Position numbers and translations under genes: made by a program. Below, piece after piece: positions 7,261-16,183 of a stretch of DNA of 26,305 bases (its first letter is position 1; every line of letters starts with the position of its first letter). This stretch comes from Candidatus Subterrananammoxibius californiae (GTDB lineage Bacteria; Planctomycetota; Brocadiia; Brocadiales; Subterrananammoxibiaceae): NCBI GenBank assembly GCA_030586555.1, contig JAURAC010000030.1, positions 1-26,305 of the forward strand. The letters run 5' to 3'. The notes under the pieces are model-generated. The model did no database searches. It was not told the DNA's origin and was given only the letters and a program-made list of their open reading frames with translations.

Positions 7261-8446
7261 TTCTTTTATCCCCCATAGCATATAATTTACCATCTGTGGT
7301 ACATACATATATAGTCCCATCAGCGCCGAGCGCTGGGGATGATTTCGTATGGAAGCCTCTGTACTCCCATTTAAGGCTACCGTTTGAATTTATAGCGAAA
7401 AGCCCATCGAGGGAACTTACATAAATTGTACCATTCGAATCTATCACCGCAGATGAATAGATTTTTTCAAATCCGATTCGGTAACTCCATTTTAACTGCC
7501 CGTTTGAAGCAAGTGCGTAAAGGATACCATTGCATGAGCCCACGTAAATTGTACCATCGGATGCAATAGCGGCAGATGAATATATAGGGCCGCCTTCTAT
7601 CGGGTATTTCCATTTAAGACTGCCATCGGGACGGAGCGCATAAACATTGCCGTCCCATGACGTAAAATATACGCTCTCATCGGGCCCTATTGCGGGAGAA
7701 GCGTCTATAAACCCCTTCGTTTGATAGTCCCATCTAATAGCGCCATGCCTGCCTATGGCGTAAAGCCTATAGTCATGGGAACCCACGTAAACGACGCCAT
7801 CCTCTCTTATGGCTGGAGAAGAGTAAACTATAGGACCGTATGTGTGACAGCCATACCCGAGGTCCCCAAATTTGGTAATAGAGTATAGTTTACCATTACC
7901 AGAACCAAAGCAAATAGACCCGTCTGGGCTTATAGTAGGCGAAGAGTCAATCGGGCTGGTTGTCTCAAATGTAAACTCAAGTTTTCCTTCGGGTTTAATG
8001 GCATAGAGCTTTCCATCGCCTGAACCAACATAAATCGTTCCTTTTGCGCTTATAGCTGGTGTGGTTTCTACGGGTCCACCGGTTTGATATGTCCACCTGA
8101 GCGTACCGGTTGGCTCTACGGCGTAGATAGTCCCGCTGTGTGAACCAAAATAGATGGCGCCATCGGGTCCTATACTCGGGGAGGAAAGAACCACCCTTTC
8201 CCCTATCACAAAGGACCATTTGACATATCCACTTTGTGGACCCTGGTAATGACTACGGCTGGTATGCTGTGGGTCATGCTGGAGCATAGGCCAGGGACTG
8301 TTTGCCAATTGTGCGAGGATAACATTCGTTTTAAACCCTGAAAGGGTAAGAAAAACGGCTAAACACATCAAGGTAGACAACGAGGTTTTACCTCGTTGTC
8401 TCAACGAACATAAAGTTCGTTGTCTACCAGTTAAGAAATTTTTCAT
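7250..8446 (-). CDS. Exported PQQ-binding-like (BamB-type) beta-propeller repeat protein
   Basis: WPMLQHDPQHT lead-in, then about eight ~40-aa repeats of SSPAIxxDGTIYVGSxDGxLYAxxxxGxLKW; hydrophobic signal segment. Confidence 0.88.
   Translation of the reverse strand: MKNFLTGRQRTLCSLRQRGKTSLSTLMCLAVFLTLSGFKTNVILAQLANSPWPMLQHDPQHTSRSHYQGPQSGYVKWSFVIGERVVLSSPSIGPDGAIYFGSHSGTIYAVEPTGTLRWTYQTGGPVETTPAISAKGTIYVGSGDGKLYAIKPEGKLEFTFETTSPIDSSPTISPDGSICFGSGNGKLYSITKFGDLGYGCHTYGPIVYSSPAIREDGVVYVGSHDYRLYAIGRHGAIRWDYQTKGFIDASPAIGPDESVYFTSWDGNVYALRPDGSLKWKYPIEGGPIYSSAAIASDGTIYVGSCNGILYALASNGQLKWSYRIGFEKIYSSAVIDSNGTIYVSSLDGLFAINSNGSLKWEYRGFHTKSSPALGADGTIYVCTTDGKLYAMGDKRSEK
8372..8428 (-). mobile_element. 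57-bp miniature palindromic element (GGTAGACAACGA family) in frame within the propeller signal peptide
   Basis: 12-bp terminal inverted repeat ggtagacaacga...tcgttgtctacc with two internal hairpins; near-identical arms at 25497-25570. Confidence 0.85.
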
Positions 8447-8558
8447 CTATGAAGTTCCCCCCTTCTTTATAGTTGCCCAATTTATTGGTATGTAAGGACG
8501 TATTGTTCACCACGGCGAATCTGCCTCTGGCACGACAATACTCACTTACTACCTGCAG

Positions 8559-8587
8559 ATTTTAGATTAGTCAGATAAGTGAGTCAA
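8559..8587 (-). promoter_or_regulatory. Sigma70-type promoter for the propeller gene run
   Basis: TTGACT (8587-8582), 17 bp, TAAAAT (8564-8559). Confidence 0.65.
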
Positions 8588-8664
8588 GTAATTTTTCAAT
8601 TCGTTTCAATAGAAAATTTAAAAATTTCTGTTTATTATTTTGAATTTCTTTTATAATAACAGTT

Positions 8665-9444
8665 ATGAAGATAGCAATTTCTGGTAAAGGCGGCGTTGGG
8701 AAAACCACATTAGCTGCCACCATAGCTTACGTTCTATCACAGGAGGGTAGCAAGGTCATTGCCATTGATGCAGACCCCGTTGCCAATCTGGCTGCAAGCC
8801 TTGGTTTTCCTGACGCATCCAGGATAGTCCCCATCAGCCAGATGAAGGATTTAATCAAAGAACGCACAGGTGCAACGTCAGAGGAATATGGCAAATTTTT
8901 TAAGCTGAATCCAAAGGTTTCAGACCTTCCAGAGAAGCTTTCTTACGAACGCAACAACTTAAAACTTATGATACTCGGAGGTATAAAACGTGGTGGTGGA
9001 GGTTGCGCATGCCCTGAAAATGTATTTCTGCGCACATTATTATCCCATCTTATATTGCAGAGAGATGAGGTTGTGGTCGTTGATATGGAAGCAGGGGTAG
9101 AACATCTTGGTCGTGCCACTGTACAGGCAGTTAATGCCATGATTGTTGTGGTCGAACCCGGCATGCGCAGCATTCAGGCAGCTCATCAAGTACAGAAGCT
9201 ATCAAATGAAATTGGAATAAAATCAATCTTCGCAGTCGGGAACAAGGTTGGGGGCAAATCTCACAGGGACTTCCTTGAAAAAGAGCTTGTTGGGATACCC
9301 CTTTTAGGTTTTATTTCTTATAATGAGAAAATAGCCGAGGCTGACCTCGCGGGAAGGGCTGCCTTCGAAGGGAATGAGCTGTTAATATCGGAAGTAAAAC
9401 AAATAATAGAAAGGCTACAAAAAGAAGTGAGATGGAAGAAGTAA
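8665..9444 (+). CDS. cooC: CODH/ACS nickel-insertion ATPase CooC/AcsF (copy 1)
   Basis: GKGGVGKT Walker A, DADP, GGGCACP Ni-binding CxC, DMEAGVEHLGR. Confidence 0.95.
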   Translation: MKIAISGKGGVGKTTLAATIAYVLSQEGSKVIAIDADPVANLAASLGFPDASRIVPISQMKDLIKERTGATSEEYGKFFKLNPKVSDLPEKLSYERNNLKLMILGGIKRGGGGCACPENVFLRTLLSHLILQRDEVVVVDMEAGVEHLGRATVQAVNAMIVVVEPGMRSIQAAHQVQKLSNEIGIKSIFAVGNKVGGKSHRDFLEKELVGIPLLGFISYNEKIAEADLAGRAAFEGNELLISEVKQIIERLQKEVRWKK

Positions 9445-9476
9445 AATGATAATCGTCTCACGTCTTAGGTTTCAAG
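9424..9476. repeat. Degenerate inverted heptamer repeat (same unit as 7191-7260) overlapping the cooC 3' end
   Basis: gtgagat ggaagaa gtaaaat ... cgtctca cgtctta ggtttca. Confidence 0.55.
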
Positions 9477-9497
9477 AAAAAATTTTTTAATTTTTCC

Positions 9498-9526
9498 TTG
9501 ATTTTTATTGTGTTATCGGTTAAATT
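9498..9526 (+). promoter_or_regulatory. Candidate sigma70 promoter for the cooS-acs cluster
   Basis: TTGATT (9498-9503), 17 bp, TAAATT (9521-9526), preceded by an AT-rich tract. Confidence 0.5.
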
Positions 9527-9799
9527 AAAGATAACTCGTTAGGTTTAATAATCTTATGGGAATTAAAGGCTCGTGCCGAAGGCGTGGAATCGTGTCATAG
9601 AAAGGATAACTATAATATTCAAATTAGGCTATTGGCTATCAGAAGCTATAAACTGTCACATTTTGAACATTTCCATTAGAAGTAAACCTCCCATTTTTGA
9701 ACCCCTCTGGGTTTTTATTTCATCTAAAAAAAGTAGGTTAATAATCAGGTCTTGTACTGTAACTATAAATCCCCGCTACGGCGGAGTAAGGAGGATTAA

Positions 9800-11749
9800 A
9801 TGACACGCACTTATGAAGGTGCAGATAAGGCTTCGCTCGGTTTACTTAAAATCGTAAAAGAGAGAGGCATTGAGACACTATTTGACCGTTACCAAGCACA
9901 GCAGCCGCAATGCGGTTACGGCAAGCTGGCACTGTGCTGTCGTCACTGCAATCTGGGCCCATGCAATGTTGACCCTACCGGTGTAGGTCCCAAAAGAGGT
10001 GTTTGCGGCGCTGATGCGAATACCATTGCAGCGAGACATTTTCTCCGCATGGTTGCCGCTGGTGCTGCTGCACATTCAGACCACGGCAGAGCTGTTGCAG
10101 AATTGCTCATAGCTACAGCCAGGGGTGAAGCACCCGGATACAAGATTAAAGACGTGGATAAATTATTAGAAGTAGCTAAGGTCTTTGATGTGAAGACAGA
10201 AAACCGCAAAGTGGAAGAGATTGCCGAAGAAGTCGGTGAGATGGCACTTGCTGAATTTGGCAAGTCTTATGGAACACAAAGATTGGTTACCCGTGCGCCT
10301 GAAACAAGACAAAAACTCTGGGAGAAGCTTGGCATTACTCCGAGGGCTATTGACAGGGAGATTACTGAAGCCCTGCACCGTACAGGCATGGGCGCTGACC
10401 AGGATTACAAAAACTTAATTAGACATGCCAGCCGCACCGCGCTCGGTGACGGCTGGGGCGGTGCTATGATTGCCACAGAACTTCAAGACATACTCTTTGG
10501 CACCCCAAAGCCTATTCGAGGTAAGGCAAATCTCGGTGTGCTTAAAGAAGACGAGGTTAATATCCTTGTTCATGGCCACGAGCCTCAGATTTCAGAGATG
10601 GTTGTAATCGCTTCTCAGGACCCAGCGCTCTTAAAGTCAGCAGAATCAGTCGGTGCAAAAGGGATTACCATTGCTGGTATATGCTGTACCGCTAATGAAC
10701 TCCTGATGCGGCACGGAATTCCAATGGCAGGGCACATGAAGATGCAGGAGCTTGCCATTGCCACGGGCGCCGTTGATGCAATGGTGGTTGATGTGCAATG
10801 TATAATGCAGGGCGTTGCAGAGATGGCAAAATGCTTCCATACAAAACTCATCACCACATCTGCAAAGGCAAGGATAGAAGGGGTTGAGCATCTCGAAATA
10901 AGCGATGAGACTGCTCTCGAAAAGGCGAAGAAGATTGTCTGGATGGCGATAGAAAACTACCCGAAACGCGACAAAAATAAGATTAACATCCCGAAGGGTG
11001 AGATGGCGGAAATAGTAGTTGGTTTTAGCCACGAAACGATAAAGTACATGCTCGGCGGCAAATTCCGTGCATCTTATCGCCCACTCAATGACAACATTAT
11101 GAATGGCAGAATACGTGGTGTGGCTGGCATTGTCGGTTGTACCAGTCCTGCTATATGGCCAGACCAGCAGCCTTATGTGCAGCTTGTTAAGGAACTCATT
11201 GCAAACAACGTCCTCGTAGTGCAAACAGGGTGCGCTGCAGCAGAATGTGCTCGTGGTGGACTAATGATTCCAGAATATAAGGACTATGCTGGCGAGACCT
11301 TGAGGGAGGTTTGTGAGGCGGTTGGTATACCTCCCGTGCTCCATGCCGGGGCTTGCGTGGATAATAGCCGTATCTTGATAGCATGCTCGGAGATGGTAAA
11401 AGAGGGTGGGCTTGGCCATGATATAAGCGACTTACCAGTGGCTGGCGCATGTTTTGAGTGGATGCACGAAAAGGCGCTTGCTATTGGACAGTATTTTGTC
11501 GCATCAGGCGTTTATACCGTATTTGGTATTTCATCCCCTGTTTCTGGCGCCCCTGACGTCCAGAAGCTTCTTTGTGAAGGACTCGAACATGAGTTAGGCG
11601 GCATGTGGGCATTTGAACCTGACATTAAAAAGATGGGAAGACTTATGATGGACCATATTGAGAAAAAGAGGGAAGCCCTTGGCATTAACAAAGAAAGGGA
11701 GAGAAAACTCTACGACATGGAAGAAAGAAGAAAGCTTGAAATTATATAG
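9800..11749 (+). CDS. cooS: Anaerobic Ni,Fe carbon-monoxide dehydrogenase catalytic subunit (AcsA/CooS)
   Basis: QPQCGYG..CCRHCNLGPC, GVCGA, HGHEP, GICCT, GIVGC, TGCA, GACVDNSR, EWMHEKA; SD AAGGAGG. Confidence 0.98.
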   Translation: MTRTYEGADKASLGLLKIVKERGIETLFDRYQAQQPQCGYGKLALCCRHCNLGPCNVDPTGVGPKRGVCGADANTIAARHFLRMVAAGAAAHSDHGRAVAELLIATARGEAPGYKIKDVDKLLEVAKVFDVKTENRKVEEIAEEVGEMALAEFGKSYGTQRLVTRAPETRQKLWEKLGITPRAIDREITEALHRTGMGADQDYKNLIRHASRTALGDGWGGAMIATELQDILFGTPKPIRGKANLGVLKEDEVNILVHGHEPQISEMVVIASQDPALLKSAESVGAKGITIAGICCTANELLMRHGIPMAGHMKMQELAIATGAVDAMVVDVQCIMQGVAEMAKCFHTKLITTSAKARIEGVEHLEISDETALEKAKKIVWMAIENYPKRDKNKINIPKGEMAEIVVGFSHETIKYMLGGKFRASYRPLNDNIMNGRIRGVAGIVGCTSPAIWPDQQPYVQLVKELIANNVLVVQTGCAAAECARGGLMIPEYKDYAGETLREVCEAVGIPPVLHAGACVDNSRILIACSEMVKEGGLGHDISDLPVAGACFEWMHEKALAIGQYFVASGVYTVFGISSPVSGAPDVQKLLCEGLEHELGGMWAFEPDIKKMGRLMMDHIEKKREALGINKERERKLYDMEERRKLEII

Positions 11750-11817
11750 GCTGACGGCTGAAGAAAAGAGAGACTGAAGGGAAAAATCTTTTCCTTCAGC
11801 CTTTAGCCTTCAGCCTT
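11748..11817. repeat. Inverted heptamer repeat hairpin (GGCTGAA / TTCAGCC units) between cooS and acsB
   Basis: aggctga cggctga ... agactga agg ... ccttcag cctttag ccttcag cct. Confidence 0.8.
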
Positions 11818-11837
11818 AAAGTGAAGGAGTTGAAAGA

Positions 11838-14018
11838 GTGTCAAAAATTATTTGCTCTGCAGCCATCCGTGGCGCTTACAAGATTGTAAAACAAGCAGAA
11901 GATAAACTTAAAGAAGCGATAGAATCAAAAGGAAAAGACTGTAAGGTAGAATTCCCCAACACAGGTTATTATATACCCATTATTTATTCCATGACGGGTA
12001 TTGCTGTTAAAACACTTAGTGACTTTGAACAGATATTAGAGATTGCAAAGAAACTATTACCGCCTATTCCTGATGATAAGTTCTGGCTGCCTTATCTTGG
12101 GCATACCCTAGATGCAGGAATGGCAACCCTTTTCGCCGAAGAAATCATAGAGGGCTGTAAATACGTCATAGGTCCTAATCCAATTGACGGCATCTGGCTC
12201 GGCGCGGCAGATGATGTTATCATGCGCGAGCGTGGAATAGAGTTTGTTGACGGCACTGCACCAGGTTTTGCCGCCGTTGTAGGGGCAGCGCCGACAACAG
12301 AGATAGCCGTAAAGATTGCAAGAGAACTGCAAGAGAAAAACCTCTACGTTTTCATGTCAGCTAATACTCATGGCAAAGCCTTTGCCGAACAACTTGACGA
12401 GGCTGGCGTTCAGATGGGCTGGGAGACAAGACTTGTACCATTTGGCAAAGAAATTACCGCTACGATATATTCACTCGGTTTTGCGAGCAGGGCAGCCCTT
12501 TCTTTCGGCGGTATACAACCGGGGGATTTTAGAAGAAATCTTCTCTATAATAAGAACCGTATTTTTGCCTTTGTATTAGCATTGGGTGAGGTAGATGATG
12601 AAAAATATGCCAATGCAGCAGGCGCTATAAATTATGGCTTCCCAACTATTGCAGATACAGACATACCTCAGATTCTTCCTACAGGTGTTTGTACCTATGA
12701 ACACGTAGTATCAAATGTGCCTCACGATAAGATAGTTGAAAAATGTGTCGAGGTCCGTGGTCTGAAGGTTTCAGTTGCAAAGTTAGACATTCCCGTCCCT
12801 TACGGTCCTGCATTTGAAGGTGAAAGGATACGCAAGGAAGATATGTATGTGGAGCTCGGCGGTCCCAAGGCGCACGCCTTTGAATATGTTGGGATGAGGG
12901 AGATTAATGAGGTTGAGGATGGCAAAATAGAGGTTATAGGGCATGATTTGGAGGCATTCAAGGAGGGCGATTCCGTCTCTGCAGGAATCTACGTTAAGGT
13001 CGCAGGTAGAAAGATGCAAAAGGATTTTGAACCCATATTCGAACGGCGTATGCACCACCTCCTTGGCGAAGCTCAGGGCATTTTTCACATGGGCCAGCGA
13101 GATATGATTAGACATAGAATCAGTAAAGAGGGTTTCAAGGCTGGTCTCAGGTTACGACATTTTGGAATAATACTCCATGCAAGACTCCATGAGGAGTTTG
13201 GCGCAATCATTGACAAGGTACAGGTCACCATCTACACAAAAGAGGAAGATATTCAGAAATTGCTTAAAGAGGTTCGGAGCGCCTTCCATGAAAGGGATAT
13301 GAGGGTGGCTGACATGACGGATGAATCTGTTCCACTCTTTTACAGTTGTACTCTATGTCAGAGCTTCGCCCCAACCCATGTTTGTGTAGTTACGCCAGAA
13401 AGACCAGGACTCTGTGGCTCAGTTAGCTGGCTTGACGGTAAGGCTGGATATGAGATTACACCCACAGGACCAAACCAGCCAATAGAAAAAGGCAAGGTAA
13501 TTGACGAGACCTTTGGTGAATGGGAAGGGGTAAACACTTTCCTTTATCAAGCATCAAATCGTCAGTTCGAGCGGCTCTCTACCTACAGTATGATGAGCAA
13601 TCCCATGACAAGCTGCGGCTGTTTTGAGTGCATTTCCGCTTTACTTCCCTTGACAAATGGTATAATGACCGTTGACAGGGATTTTACAGAAATGACCCCG
13701 TGTGGGATGAAATTCTCGACCCTTGCTGGTATGGTGGGTGGTGGACAGCAGACCCCGGGCTTTGTAGGACACAGTAAGTTTTACATTACCAGTAAGAAAT
13801 TTATCCGTGGAGATGGAGGGCTTTCAAGACTTGTCTGGATACCAAAAGCGCTTAAAGAGGAAATTGGCCCTGCAATTGAGAAAAGAGCCCAGGAATTAGG
13901 TTTTGAGGGCTTTCTTGCCAAGATTGCTGACGAGACGATTGCTCAAACAGAAGAAGAAGTCCTCAAGTTTCTTCAGGACGTCAATCATCCAGTTCTTTCA
14001 CTGGCGCCAATGATTTAA
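11838..14018 (+). CDS. acsB: Acetyl-CoA synthase catalytic subunit (bacterial-type, with N-terminal domain)
   Basis: GTG start with SD AAGGAG; FYSCTLCQSFAPTHVC, PERPGLCG, PMTSCGCFEC A-cluster ligands. Confidence 0.98.
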   Translation: MSKIICSAAIRGAYKIVKQAEDKLKEAIESKGKDCKVEFPNTGYYIPIIYSMTGIAVKTLSDFEQILEIAKKLLPPIPDDKFWLPYLGHTLDAGMATLFAEEIIEGCKYVIGPNPIDGIWLGAADDVIMRERGIEFVDGTAPGFAAVVGAAPTTEIAVKIARELQEKNLYVFMSANTHGKAFAEQLDEAGVQMGWETRLVPFGKEITATIYSLGFASRAALSFGGIQPGDFRRNLLYNKNRIFAFVLALGEVDDEKYANAAGAINYGFPTIADTDIPQILPTGVCTYEHVVSNVPHDKIVEKCVEVRGLKVSVAKLDIPVPYGPAFEGERIRKEDMYVELGGPKAHAFEYVGMREINEVEDGKIEVIGHDLEAFKEGDSVSAGIYVKVAGRKMQKDFEPIFERRMHHLLGEAQGIFHMGQRDMIRHRISKEGFKAGLRLRHFGIILHARLHEEFGAIIDKVQVTIYTKEEDIQKLLKEVRSAFHERDMRVADMTDESVPLFYSCTLCQSFAPTHVCVVTPERPGLCGSVSWLDGKAGYEITPTGPNQPIEKGKVIDETFGEWEGVNTFLYQASNRQFERLSTYSMMSNPMTSCGCFECISALLPLTNGIMTVDRDFTEMTPCGMKFSTLAGMVGGGQQTPGFVGHSKFYITSKKFIRGDGGLSRLVWIPKALKEEIGPAIEKRAQELGFEGFLAKIADETIAQTEEEVLKFLQDVNHPVLSLAPMI

Positions 14019-14036
14019 TCGTTGCAATACTTTACT

Positions 14037-14073
14037 GGCAGACAACGATGTTTATCGAGGTTCGTTGTCAACC
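14037..14073 (+). repeat. Degenerate short copy of the GGTAGACAACGA palindromic element
   Basis: ggcagacaacga...tcgttgtcaacc, one mismatch per end relative to the 8372-8428 termini. Confidence 0.7.
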
Positions 14074-14135
14074 ACAATTACACCTGGCATGATGAAGGTA
14101 ATCTTTTATTGCTCAATTTAAAAGGGGGTAACATC

Positions 14136-14732
14136 GTGTTAAATGAATTATGGATGCAGGAAGAGGAGGAAGAAAAAGAAAAGCGGCGTGGGGATGAATT
14201 GGCCCTCAAACTACTTAAAACACGAACCATTGTTATTGCGGATGTTGTCAGCAAGACTATGGCACATAAGGTAATGAGTCAACTCCTATTACTTGAGCAA
14301 GAGGACCCAAACGCCGTGATAAAGATATTTATTAATTCACCGGGTGGCGATGCTGATGCAGGATTTGCAATATATGATACGATAAGATTTATCAGCCCAC
14401 CAGTTCAAATTGTTTGTGCAGGTATTACTGCCAGTGCAGCAGTAATAATACTTTTAGCGTCAGAAAAGAAAAACAGGTATAGCTTACCTAATGCACGTAT
14501 CCTGATACATCAACCTTCAACAGGCGTGCATGGTTCTGCCTCTGATATTCAAATCGAGGCAAGCGAAATACTGAAATGCAGGGAAAAGATTAATAAACTC
14601 ATATCCCAGGAAACAGGTCAATCTGTAGAAAAGGTAGAGAACGATACAAAACGGAATTTCTGGATGTCTGCCGAGGAAGCATTAAAGTATGGATTGATTA
14701 GCAAGATTATTCAAACAAGAAAGGAGCTTTAG
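14136..14732 (+). CDS. clpP: ClpP-family serine protease subunit with a Ser-His-Asn triad (start moved to GTG 14136)
   Basis: IFINSPGG, GITASAA, LPNARILIHQP, DTKRNFWMSAEEALKYGLI; purine-rich SD AAAGGGGG upstream of GTG. Confidence 0.93.
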   Translation: MLNELWMQEEEEEKEKRRGDELALKLLKTRTIVIADVVSKTMAHKVMSQLLLLEQEDPNAVIKIFINSPGGDADAGFAIYDTIRFISPPVQIVCAGITASAAVIILLASEKKNRYSLPNARILIHQPSTGVHGSASDIQIEASEILKCREKINKLISQETGQSVEKVENDTKRNFWMSAEEALKYGLISKIIQTRKEL

Positions 14733-14744
14733 CAAAAAATAACC

Positions 14745-16082
14745 ATGGCTCTAACCGGATTGGAGATATTTAAACTGCTCCCAAAGACAAACTGTAAGAA
14801 ATGTGGTAGACCAACTTGTTTAGCCTTTGCAATGCAATTAGCCCAAAAGAAGGCAAACCTCACAGATTGCCCAGACGTCAGCGAAGAAGCAAAAAATGTT
14901 TTAGGCGCTGCCTCAGCCCCTCCAATTAAGCTTATTACGCTTAAGGCTGGCGAAAAAATATTTAAGGTTGGAGAGGAAACTGTGCTCTATAGACATGAAG
15001 AGAAATTTCACAATCCTACTGGCGTTGGAGTAACCATTCGTGACGACCTTGATGGTGGTGCATTCTCAGAAAGGCTAAAAAAAATAGATGGTCTTAAGTT
15101 CACCCGTGTTGGAACTGAGATTGGTATTGACATAATAGCCGTTCAGAACATGAGCAAGAACGTTGAAAAATTTTCTTCCGCAACAAAAATGGTTGCCGAT
15201 AACAGCCATTTAGCCTTAATATTAATGAGTGATTCGGTAGAAAATATGAGGAGCGCATTGGATGTGTGTGGTAATAAGAGGCCGCTTCTCTGGAGCGCTA
15301 ATGCACAAAACTACGAGGGCATGGCCCGCCTTGCAAAGGAGAAGAATTGCCCCTTAATTGTAAGCGCTCCGAGGCTTGAGGAGCTTGCCGATTTGACTGA
15401 AAAGATAAAATCTCTTGGGGTATCAGAGATGATACTTGATTATAATAGCGCCAGGCTGAAGGATGTTTTGCAAGGACTAACGAAGGTTAGAAGGGCAGCG
15501 TTAAAGAAAAACTTTCGTCCTCTCGGCTTTTCGACAATAACTTATGTAAAAGAAAATGACGGATACCAGGAAATTATAAAGGCAAGCACTTATCTGGCGA
15601 AATATGCTGGAATTGTAGTTCTGGATGTCTGCGAACCATGGCAAATCATGCCTCTTCTTACCGTTAGACAAAATATCTTTACAGACCCGCAGAAGCCGGT
15701 TCAGGTAGAGCCCAAACTTTATCAGGTTGGTCAGGCGAATGAAAATTCGCCCCTCTTATTTACTACAAATTTCTCTCTCACTTATTACACAGTTGAAGGT
15801 GAGGTTGAAGCCAGTCGGACTCCTGCTTATATCTTAGCCGTGGATACCGAAGGCACGTCTGTGTTGACTGCATACTCTGGTGATAAGCTTAACGAAAAGG
15901 TAGTAGCTAAAGCAATGGCAAATGCAAAAGTAGAAGAAAAGATAAAACACAAAAAGCTTATAATACCCGGACTTGTTGCGGTGATGACAGCAAAATTGAA
16001 GGAAGAACTCGGATGGGAAATATTGGTGGGTCCAAAAGAGGCATCGGGAATTCCTTCGTATTTAAGGTCCACGTGGAGCTAA
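14745..16082 (+). CDS. acsC: Corrinoid iron-sulfur protein large subunit
   Basis: MALTGLEIFKLLPKTNCKKCGRPTCLAFA...CP [4Fe-4S] motif; TDPQKP, TTNFSLTY. Confidence 0.98.
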   Translation: MALTGLEIFKLLPKTNCKKCGRPTCLAFAMQLAQKKANLTDCPDVSEEAKNVLGAASAPPIKLITLKAGEKIFKVGEETVLYRHEEKFHNPTGVGVTIRDDLDGGAFSERLKKIDGLKFTRVGTEIGIDIIAVQNMSKNVEKFSSATKMVADNSHLALILMSDSVENMRSALDVCGNKRPLLWSANAQNYEGMARLAKEKNCPLIVSAPRLEELADLTEKIKSLGVSEMILDYNSARLKDVLQGLTKVRRAALKKNFRPLGFSTITYVKENDGYQEIIKASTYLAKYAGIVVLDVCEPWQIMPLLTVRQNIFTDPQKPVQVEPKLYQVGQANENSPLLFTTNFSLTYYTVEGEVEASRTPAYILAVDTEGTSVLTAYSGDKLNEKVVAKAMANAKVEEKIKHKKLIIPGLVAVMTAKLKEELGWEILVGPKEASGIPSYLRSTWS

Positions 16083-16088
16083 AAAACG

Positions 16089-16175
16089 TGGGAAGCCAAG
16101 AAGTTAGGAAGTTGAGAACATAAGAACTTAAGAAATTTATCTTAACTTCCTATCTTCCCAAGTTCCTAACTTCCT
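16089..16175. repeat. Inverted octamer repeat hairpin (AGAAGTTA / CTAACTTC-like units) between acsC and acsV
   Basis: ggaagcca agaagtta ggaagttg agaacata agaactta ... ttaacttc ctatcttc ccaagttc ctaacttc. Confidence 0.8.
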
Positions 16176-16183
16176 TTACTACA

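Noticed and set aside
9540..9660. Possible cobalamin or nickel/cobalt riboswitch (GGGAA and AACTGT words present)
   Set aside because: The B12-box and conserved stem order could not be assembled by eye; needs an Infernal scan.
9573..9803. 76-aa ORF upstream of cooS
   Set aside because: No SD, no recognisable motif, and it overlaps the cooS SD and start; most likely a chance ORF in the leader.
14022..14135. 38-aa N-terminal extension of ClpP in the ORF track
   Set aside because: TTG start without SD that reads through a repeat element; GTG 14136 has an SD and gives a normal ClpP length.
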